IMG/VR virus record: IMGVR_UViG_3300035703_000042
Location: 1 to 64,000 of that record
Direction: 5' to 3' (one strand)
Length of the DNA: 64,000 bases
From: a virus
Of this stretch, positions 30,213 through 37,458 are shown in pieces. Below the pieces are notes generated by a model. It searched no databases. It had not been told where the DNA came from and saw only the letters and a program-made list of their open reading frames with translations. The translations under genes and the position numbers were made by a program. Positions within the stretch are counted from its first letter, which is position 1, and each line of letters starts with the position of its first letter.

Positions 30213-30712
30213 CTAGATCACAATCCGCACTTGATCGCTTGCAACATCTAGTCGAAGCAGATCTCCCTGATCTTGCCAAGAACGCCATAGTACCATTGTC
30301 CGACAATGCGTATCAGGTTTTTGATAGGTATGTATTGAACATACAAAAATCACGACGAGCACAAGTGATGCGTTACGGAAATCTTGTTTCTGAATTTACA
30401 TCAGCAAGATTGGCCCTAGCTTGGTGTATAGCAGACAAATACAACCAGCAGCGTCTGAGAGAACAAATACTGCAACTGGATCAGCAAAAAAGCATGCTGA
30501 TCAATGATCTGGCTGTGAGAACAGCATTGGCCGAACGCATGCGCGATCGAACCTTCGTGGAAGCCAAGATCGATACCAAACGCTACCGACTCCAACAGCT
30601 GGATTTCCGCTTAGACAAATGTGTAAATCTGGCTAAATACTGGCAAACACAAGGATTCAATAATGAAACTGTACGAACTGGACGCACGCCGTCGAAAAGA
30701 ACAAGTCGCTAA
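30209..30712 (+). CDS. hypothetical protein
   Basis: ATGA overlap with upstream gene. Confidence 0.65.
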   Translation: MTRSQSALDRLQHLVEADLPDLAKNAIVPLSDNAYQVFDRYVLNIQKSRRAQVMRYGNLVSEFTSARLALAWCIADKYNQQRLREQILQLDQQKSMLINDLAVRTALAERMRDRTFVEAKIDTKRYRLQQLDFRLDKCVNLAKYWQTQGFNNETVRTGRTPSKRTSR

Positions 30713-31478
30713 GGTCTTCGAGAGTCATCTCGGGACCCGCGCCGATTTCAGCCGCCTTTCCTTGCCCAAGGCTCGCCACATGCTGGGTCGTGTGCGCGAA
30801 GTCATCAGCGAGCATCGTAGCTGCGTCAGCTTCCACTTCAGCGAGAGAAATCCCGAATATCTCAAGCTCATGATGATGGAACAGGCCCTGGAAGATCACA
30901 TCTCTGAGATGGACGCTGGCGGCGTTGTTGCCGTTGACGTCAAAGATCCCAAAACACAGGCCACCCTGAAAAAAGCTCAAGCTGGTCAGAATCTCAATCC
31001 CGACGAGCAGAAAATCGTCACTGCGATAGCCAGCATGAAGAAAGAGGGCAAGAAAGCCAAATCCATGGTTTCTGAGAGCGAAGTGCAGCAGGCACAAGTG
31101 GTGCTGGCAGCGCAAGACATGGTAGACCGTGTGCAAAAGATGATGGAACAGATCAGCGAGATGCAGTTCAAAGATCTCCCAGCCCTGGCCGACAGCATCA
31201 AGAACGACATGGGTGTTGAGCAGTCACAGCAGTTCCAAGCCGCAGCTTCAGCAGCTCTGGGCACACTGCTGACATCTGTGCAGGCTGGCAAGCAAGAACT
31301 TGAAGCTGCACAAGGTGTGCTCACCGGTCAAGCTCCTGCTGTGCCAGGTATGGATCAACCTGTGGCCGAACCCGATGCAGAAGCCGGCGATGAGCTGGGC
31401 GCTGATCTAGAGCTAGATGCCAATCTCGACGACGAAGAAGACGAAATCGCAGCCGATCTCGGACGCGAGCGTAGATAA
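30663..31478 (+). CDS. probable internal head/scaffold-type protein
   Basis: MKLYEL N-terminus, helical, acidic tail, late motif GCTAAATA upstream. Confidence 0.55.
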   Translation: MKLYELDARRRKEQVAKVFESHLGTRADFSRLSLPKARHMLGRVREVISEHRSCVSFHFSERNPEYLKLMMMEQALEDHISEMDAGGVVAVDVKDPKTQATLKKAQAGQNLNPDEQKIVTAIASMKKEGKKAKSMVSESEVQQAQVVLAAQDMVDRVQKMMEQISEMQFKDLPALADSIKNDMGVEQSQQFQAAASAALGTLLTSVQAGKQELEAAQGVLTGQAPAVPGMDQPVAEPDAEAGDELGADLELDANLDDEEDEIAADLGRERR

Positions 31479-31819
31479 TGCGCATCAACGAGGTGGATTC
31501 AGCTGCTGCTGATTCACAGCGATTGGCAGCCATGACACAGTTCTTGATCGGTCGCAGCGACGACACTGATGCCAAGAAAGTCATGAATCTCGATTCGTAC
31601 CTGCAGCTGGCCCAGAACCAAGGCATCAGTCTTACCAAACAGAGCTTGATCGATCTGAGTCAGCGTGCTCCGCTAAAGAATCTCATACAAAATGTCGAAG
31701 ATGACATAGTCACGTTTCGTGGTGACGAAGGCGACAAAGTCACTGACACCATGACCGTGGACCAGGCCAGGAAGAAGGTAGATTCCATGGCCAAGCGTGC
31801 TGCCAAGAAAGGTATGTAA
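31478..31819 (+). CDS. hypothetical (possible internal head protein)
   Basis: MRINE N-terminus; TAATG coupling. Confidence 0.6.
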   Translation: MRINEVDSAAADSQRLAAMTQFLIGRSDDTDAKKVMNLDSYLQLAQNQGISLTKQSLIDLSQRAPLKNLIQNVEDDIVTFRGDEGDKVTDTMTVDQARKKVDSMAKRAAKKGM

Positions 31820-31821
31820 AT

Positions 31822-31938
31822 ATGGAAACTTTGTTTTGGGTCGCTGTGGGTGCTTTTATCGGTTGGAACTTCCCCCAACCATTCTGGGCTAAAATCGTGC
31901 AGTCCAAAATCGTTGACCTTTTCAATAAAAAAGTCTAA
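31822..31938 (+). CDS. small membrane protein (38 aa, not in ORF track)
   Basis: METLFWVAVGAFIGWNFPQPFWAKIVQSKIVDLFNKKV*, fills the gap after 31819. Confidence 0.6.
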   Translation: METLFWVAVGAFIGWNFPQPFWAKIVQSKIVDLFNKKV

Positions 31939-31966
31939 CATAGTTTTTTAAATCTAAGAATAAAAC

Positions 31967-32869
31967 ATGGCCGAACGAATACTACTCGATCGACTCGAGT
32001 TCTATATTACCAACGTCTGTAACCTTACCTGTAACGGTTGTAATCGTTACAACAATTACCATTTCAAGGGGTGGACGGCCTGGGACGAATGGGCCGAGGA
32101 TCTTGAGCGTTGGTCAAAGTACATCGACATCCGACATCCGGTGATCCTGGGCGGCGAACCCTTGATGAATCGTGATATCGTGAAATGGGTCAAAGGCTTG
32201 CGTCGACTATGGCCCGATCATTCAGGAGTGCAGATCCAAAGCAATGGTACCAGGATCGATCGTGTGCGTGGTTTGTACGATGTGCTGGATCCCAAAGAAG
32301 GCAACTGGATCGGTATCAGCATACACAACCCTGATGACAAAGAAGAGATTTTTTCGCGCATACGCAACTTCCTCACACATCCCATACGCGAGACTGCAGA
32401 TAAAAATCATCCCATTGGCAGCGATTTCCAGTTCTACGATGCCAATAACATGTATGTGCATGCTTGGATGAGTAACAAGTTTGTACAGAGCAATATCATC
32501 GAGCGTGATGATGGTACGTTTACAGTATACAATCACGACAACCCCGAACGCGCACATGAGATCTGTACTTTCCGCAGATTCAAGAACTATCACTGGATCA
32601 ACGGACGCATTTACAAGTGCGGACCTGCAGCTCTCATGCCCGAATTTGATCGCCAGCATCATTTTGACATATCCGAAGAGGATCGTGCTATCATGCACGG
32701 ATATCGAGGACTGAGTGTGGACGAGTTTGACGAGCGAGGGCACGACTTCCTTGCCCACATCGATGACATGATTCCGCAATGCAAATTTTGCCCCCAGGAC
32801 TACGATTACAAACCCATTACATTTTCAGACCGCAAAAAGAGTTGGCGGATCAGCACAGAAATATTATAG
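31967..32869 (+). CDS. radical SAM protein
   Basis: CNLTCNGC, GGEP, SNG, C-terminal YKC and CKFC. Confidence 0.88.
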   Translation: MAERILLDRLEFYITNVCNLTCNGCNRYNNYHFKGWTAWDEWAEDLERWSKYIDIRHPVILGGEPLMNRDIVKWVKGLRRLWPDHSGVQIQSNGTRIDRVRGLYDVLDPKEGNWIGISIHNPDDKEEIFSRIRNFLTHPIRETADKNHPIGSDFQFYDANNMYVHAWMSNKFVQSNIIERDDGTFTVYNHDNPERAHEICTFRRFKNYHWINGRIYKCGPAALMPEFDRQHHFDISEEDRAIMHGYRGLSVDEFDERGHDFLAHIDDMIPQCKFCPQDYDYKPITFSDRKKSWRISTEIL

Positions 32870-32908
32870 TTAAACTCGCATGCTGGAGCACCAAGCATAA
32901 GTACTTGT

Positions 32909-33511
32909 ATGAAAAACAAGTATGGAATCAAAAAACAGTGCCTACATTGCGGAGAAGAATTTATAACGAAACTTAGGCTAGTTGACTATTGTTCTCAGCC
33001 CTGTAAGAACCCTAACAACAGACCAGGTCATATTCCCTGGAACAAAGGTAAGACATTAACTCAAGAACAAAAAGCAAAACAAAATACAACAGGGTTAACA
33101 AAAGGTCGGGGATGGAACAAAGGACTCCCTAATGAACTTGCTCGAAAAAGATTTTTAGAGAATAATCCAAATAAAGACGGACGAGTTAACAATCTAAGAC
33201 CTAAAAATTATATAGATGATGAGTTTTCTGCTTATAAGAGAGAATGTCGTAAAGCCACTTATAGAAGTGTTTATCAGATGAAGAAGGAAGGACTGGTGCC
33301 TGAGAATACTGGTAAAAGAAAAAACCAGTACCAGTTAGATCACATAATTCCGTTTAGACAAGGTTATGAACTTGGGATAGATCCCCGACTCATTGGGAGC
33401 AGACAAAATCTGCGTTACATCTTAGGCGAAGAAAATAGATCGAAGTGGGATCGTTTTCAGCCCGACGATGTTTTAAAATCAGTTATAGGAGACAATCATG
33501 GCTTACAGTAA
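32909..33511 (+). mobile_element. free-standing HNH homing endonuclease with NUMOD-like repeats
   Basis: CxxC..CxxxC, (P/G)WNKG x2, LDHIIP...NL...EN.SK; AT-rich; 3' end overlaps iscU start. Confidence 0.8.
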
Positions 33512-33894
33512 GGCCGTTATTGATCATTATGAGAACCCGCGTAATGTGGGTTCGTTTGACAAAGGAGATACGCACGTTGGGACCGGTATGGTTGGCGCCC
33601 CAGCGTGCGGATGACGGAGACGTCATGAAACTACAGATCAAGGTCAATGAAGATGGCATCATCGAAGACGCGAGGTTTAAAACTTACGGCTGCGGATCAG
33701 CCATTGCCTCCAGCAGTCTTGTCACCGAGTGGGTCAAAGGCAAGACACTCGACGAGGCAGCAACTATCAAGAACACAGCGATCGCCCAAGAGCTCGCTCT
33801 TCCGCCTGTTAAAATCCATTGCTCAATACTGGCTGAAGATGCCATCAAAGCAGCCATAGAAGACTACAGGAACAAACATGGCCACGCCAATTGA
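33498..33894 (+). CDS. iscU: Fe-S scaffold IscU, interrupted by a 7-nt insert (join 33498..33611, 33619..33894)
   Basis: MAYSKAVIDHYENPRNVG..VGAPACG-stop, then +1 frame DVMKLQIKV..GCGSAIASSS..LPPVKIHCS; joined product 129 aa; GGAG SD. Confidence 0.9.
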
Positions 33895-34093
33895 AACAGT
33901 GATATTGTGGGCATTGATCATCAGCGGTGAACCGCGTGTGCAAGAAGTCTATCGCACCGAAGAGCCGTGTGTGCGTGCTGCGAGATCGCATCGTGCTCAA
34001 GGAACTTTCGCTTACTGCATGCCCACTAATCAGTTCACGGTTGAAACTAGCACGCATCAACTTCGCAGCCTGGGAGTATTGTTGAATGATTGA
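33878..34093 (+). CDS. small hypothetical protein
   Basis: Overlaps both iscU and iscA; AGGA SD. Confidence 0.55.
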   Translation: MATPIETVILWALIISGEPRVQEVYRTEEPCVRAARSHRAQGTFAYCMPTNQFTVETSTHQLRSLGVLLND

Positions 34094-34415
34094 GATCACC
34101 GACACAGCCGCAGAGCGAGTACAGCAGGCCATCCAACGACGTGGTCGAGGCGTAGGTATCAAGATTGGCGTAAGAACCACCGGGTGTTCGGGACTGGCCT
34201 ATACCTTGGAATTTGTTGATACGGCACCAGACACTCAACAAGGCATAGAACACTACGACATCAAAGGTGTTGGCGTTTTTGTCAACACCGAGCACTGTGT
34301 GTATTTGCAAGGCATGACCATCGACTATCAGCGCCGGGGTCTCAACGAAGGCTTCGAATTCATTAACCCCAACGAAAAAGACCGCTGCGGTTGCGGCGAA
34401 AGTTTCCGAGTTTGA
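34086..34415 (+). CDS. iscA: Fe-S cluster carrier IscA (HesB family)
   Basis: GCSGLAY, F.NPN, CGCGESF. Confidence 0.95.
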   Translation: MIEITDTAAERVQQAIQRRGRGVGIKIGVRTTGCSGLAYTLEFVDTAPDTQQGIEHYDIKGVGVFVNTEHCVYLQGMTIDYQRRGLNEGFEFINPNEKDRCGCGESFRV

Positions 34416-35128
34416 TAAATCAACGTTTCGATTATGCCCCGCTGTCACGCGAAACTGTGAACGGCCGTAGGCTTTATGCCGCCCCCAATGGTGATCGTCT
34501 TCCGTCAGTGACTACCATCCTTGATGCTACCAAGCCCGCAGAAAAGCGAGCAGCATTGCAGGCCTGGCGTGATCGAGTGGGTCATGAACAAGCACAGCAG
34601 ATCACCACCGAAGCAGCAAATCGTGGCACCCGGATGCACACCTATCTCGAGCACTATGTGCGCAGCGGCGAGCTCAAGGAGCGTGGTAGCAATCCATTTT
34701 CCTGGCCCAGTCATGCCATGGCAGCCACAGTGATCGATCAAGGTCTGGGCCAGGTTGATGAATTCTGGGGAGTGGAAGTTCCCTTGTATTTCCCCGGCAT
34801 CTATGCCGGTACCACCGACTGTGTGGGCATACATCAAGGTCAGGCTTCCATTATGGACTTCAAGCAAACCAACCGACCCAAGCGAGAAGAGTGGATCGAT
34901 GACTACAAACTACAGCTCTGCGCCTATGCTGAAGCACACAACGAAGTGTACGGAACATGCATCCAAAAAGGTGTGGTCTTGATGTGTGTAAAGCCCACAG
35001 TCGATCCAGAAACACAGACTGTGACTACACCGCCGCAGTATCAGGAATTCGTGATCGAGGGTCAAGAATTTGAACATTGGCGAGATCAATGGTGGCGTAG
35101 GGTCGAACAGTACTATCTAACCTGCTAA
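34412..35128 (+). CDS. PD-(D/E)xK exonuclease
   Basis: LPSVTTIL, RGT..H, AGTTD, DFKQ, QL.AYA. Confidence 0.88.
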   Translation: MINQRFDYAPLSRETVNGRRLYAAPNGDRLPSVTTILDATKPAEKRAALQAWRDRVGHEQAQQITTEAANRGTRMHTYLEHYVRSGELKERGSNPFSWPSHAMAATVIDQGLGQVDEFWGVEVPLYFPGIYAGTTDCVGIHQGQASIMDFKQTNRPKREEWIDDYKLQLCAYAEAHNEVYGTCIQKGVVLMCVKPTVDPETQTVTTPPQYQEFVIEGQEFEHWRDQWWRRVEQYYLTC

Positions 35129-35155
35129 ATACAGGATCAAGCAAGGATCCCAAAA

Positions 35156-37030
35156 GTGGCTATAGTACAAGTATCTCGTATCACCAATCGCAAAGGTCTC
35201 ACTGAGAACCTGCCGCAGCTGGCCGGAGCCGAATTGGGCTGGTGTGTGGACAGCCGTAGACTGTTTATCGGCAACGGTACCCTGCAAGAAGGTGCACCGG
35301 TGATCGGTAACACAGAGATATTGACCGAGTTCTCCAATATCACTGCTCTCAGCAACTACACCTACGAAGATATCGCAGTGGGATACGCTGCACAGACTGG
35401 TCCTAATCCCAGCGACCCGGTGGTGCGCACTGTGCAGGCCAAGCTGGACGATTTCGCATCAGTGAGAGATTTTGGTGCCACCGGCGATGGTATCACCGAT
35501 GACACAGCAGCTATCAATCGTGCTCTTTATCAGCTCTACTGTCGCGAGACCAACAGCCAGATACGTCGTTCTCTTTATTTCCCGGCAGGTACTTATCGAA
35601 TAACAGGAACGATTGTTATTCCCACATGGGCCAAACTGGTGGGCGAGGGTGCCGATTGTACCATTATGTTATTTCAATTGGCTCCCTCTTGGCAATATTT
35701 AGAGTTACCCGATTTGTCGTTGGTAGGAGCTATTCCTTATACAGCAGGAGCGATTGTAACCGATTCGGGATCCTATTATGAAGCGATAACTAATGTGCCT
35801 GAAGGAATCGAAATAACCAATACTTCCTTTTGGCAAGAGATTATATCAACCTGGACTAGTACGCAGACCTGGGCAAAAGGATCAATCGTTGTTAATTCAG
35901 GTATCTATTACGAAGCACAACAACCAGTTCCAGCGGGCATTTCAATCTCTAATTCTACATATTGGTCCGTAACATCATTTTACAGTGCTCGCTTTGGAGA
36001 CAGCCTGCAGCAAATTGGTGTCAACATTGGTACCAATGGAGCCACACCGCCTAGGAACATTGAAATATCATCGATGACGTTCCAAAACAACGCTGAAACA
36101 GATGTGTTCCTGGTCGAGGATGCCACTCAGTGCTGGTTCTCCAGCGTGAACTTTGTCGGACCACTCACAGACCAAGACATCATCGTGGGTCTGGCAGTGG
36201 ATGACATTGCTGGTGTGAGATTCTCGGGCAGTTCAAATCAACTCACATTCGACAAGTGCAGATTCTCCGGTCTCACCTATGGCATCAACACCAATGCAGA
36301 GATACAAGATGTCACGGTCAGCAACAGCAAGTTCAGTGTGCTTTATCAGGGCCTGGTGTTGGGCACCGGAACACTGGAAGGGGTGGGACCCACTGGTGTT
36401 CGTGCGGTATTCAACATGTTTGATGATGTCTATGCCGAAGGTGTGATCTACGGGGCAGTGAGCCTGAATGCTACAGCACACAATGTTTTCTATGATGTGG
36501 GCAACAACTTTACCAACAGTCCAGCCACTCCCATCGTTAGATTCGACGACGACAACAATGTTTCTTTCAGCGACATGTTTGAAAGAGACAACACCGATGC
36601 CGTGACACAGCCACGAGTGGCAGTCATAGGCGGATCCAACTCCACAGCCACAGTGATGCAGCTGGGTCGCTATGCTCGCCGCAGCGGACTCAGCACAGCA
36701 TTGCCGGCCAATGCCACCACTACTTTTTTGCAAGTAAACCGCGATGATGTCAAAGCATTTCGTGTGGATTACACCATGGTCGATGGCGAATTCATCCGGA
36801 CTGGTACAATGACCATCACTGCCAAAGGCGGAAGTGGTGCAGACACTGGCTTAGCATACTCGGACGACTATACTGAAAATTCTACGTCTCCTGCGACCTC
36901 TCCTGTTGCCAGGTCGGTCATGTCAGCAGCGATGGCCACTGTGGGTGCAGACACTGTAGTATCGGTGCGCTGCGCTACACCCGGTGGATCGGCTATCACA
37001 CTTTCCTACTCAGTCGAACATCTCGCTTGA
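35156..37030 (+). CDS. tail fiber/tailspike with pectate-lyase-like beta-helix
   Basis: LAGAELGW..D..RLFIGNG anchor; SVRDFGATGDGITDDTAAINRA, YFPAGTY. Confidence 0.85.
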   Translation: MAIVQVSRITNRKGLTENLPQLAGAELGWCVDSRRLFIGNGTLQEGAPVIGNTEILTEFSNITALSNYTYEDIAVGYAAQTGPNPSDPVVRTVQAKLDDFASVRDFGATGDGITDDTAAINRALYQLYCRETNSQIRRSLYFPAGTYRITGTIVIPTWAKLVGEGADCTIMLFQLAPSWQYLELPDLSLVGAIPYTAGAIVTDSGSYYEAITNVPEGIEITNTSFWQEIISTWTSTQTWAKGSIVVNSGIYYEAQQPVPAGISISNSTYWSVTSFYSARFGDSLQQIGVNIGTNGATPPRNIEISSMTFQNNAETDVFLVEDATQCWFSSVNFVGPLTDQDIIVGLAVDDIAGVRFSGSSNQLTFDKCRFSGLTYGINTNAEIQDVTVSNSKFSVLYQGLVLGTGTLEGVGPTGVRAVFNMFDDVYAEGVIYGAVSLNATAHNVFYDVGNNFTNSPATPIVRFDDDNNVSFSDMFERDNTDAVTQPRVAVIGGSNSTATVMQLGRYARRSGLSTALPANATTTFLQVNRDDVKAFRVDYTMVDGEFIRTGTMTITAKGGSGADTGLAYSDDYTENSTSPATSPVARSVMSAAMATVGADTVVSVRCATPGGSAITLSYSVEHLA

Positions 37031-37455
37031 CTTGGTCCTCAAAATTCGAAACTCGTCTCTTGGATTGGAATCATCTCAGAGATCAGTGTCGTGAATCAGA
37101 TCAAGCCGATATCTTCCTAGAAATCAACGACTGGTGGTTTGAGTGCCCGTGGCGTCCGTATTATCTCCACTGGGACGATCTGCCAACATGGCCCGATCCC
37201 TGGGATCTTTTGGCCGACAATGTTTACTGCGATCTTGCTCGGGCACTGGGAATCGTGTATACTTTAATGTTACTTGAACGTGACCAAGTCATGACTGTGG
37301 AGATAGCCGAAACCGATCAAGGCAATTTAGTCCTGGTCGATGGAGGAAAATATATATTGAATTGGTCCCGGGGCGAGGTCTTAAATATCACTTCAACACC
37401 AATCAACATCAAGCGAATCATTGATAGCAGTCGATTAAAAAACAAACTAGGTTGA
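37027..37455 (+). CDS. hypothetical protein (W-rich)
   Basis: TTG start overlapping upstream stop; WP.PW, C..ARALG. Confidence 0.65.
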   Translation: MTWSSKFETRLLDWNHLRDQCRESDQADIFLEINDWWFECPWRPYYLHWDDLPTWPDPWDLLADNVYCDLARALGIVYTLMLLERDQVMTVEIAETDQGNLVLVDGGKYILNWSRGEVLNITSTPINIKRIIDSSRLKNKLG

Positions 37456-37458
37456 ACC

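Noticed and set aside
33612-33614. UGA as selenocysteine, readthrough or an alternative genetic code
   Set aside because: Readthrough would not restore the frame (7-nt insert), the Cys codon is already present, and TGA terminates many genes normally in this window.
33445-33618. ORF-track N-terminus of the 149-aa ORF (MGSFSARR...) as the IscU start
   Set aside because: No IscU similarity until GDVMK; the real N-terminus MAYSKAVIDHYENPRN is in another frame at 33498 with an SD.
34412-35128. Cas4/CRISPR association of the PD-(D/E)xK nuclease
   Set aside because: No repeat-spacer array or other cas genes seen, and it lacks the Cas4 four-Cys cluster; typical phage exonuclease.
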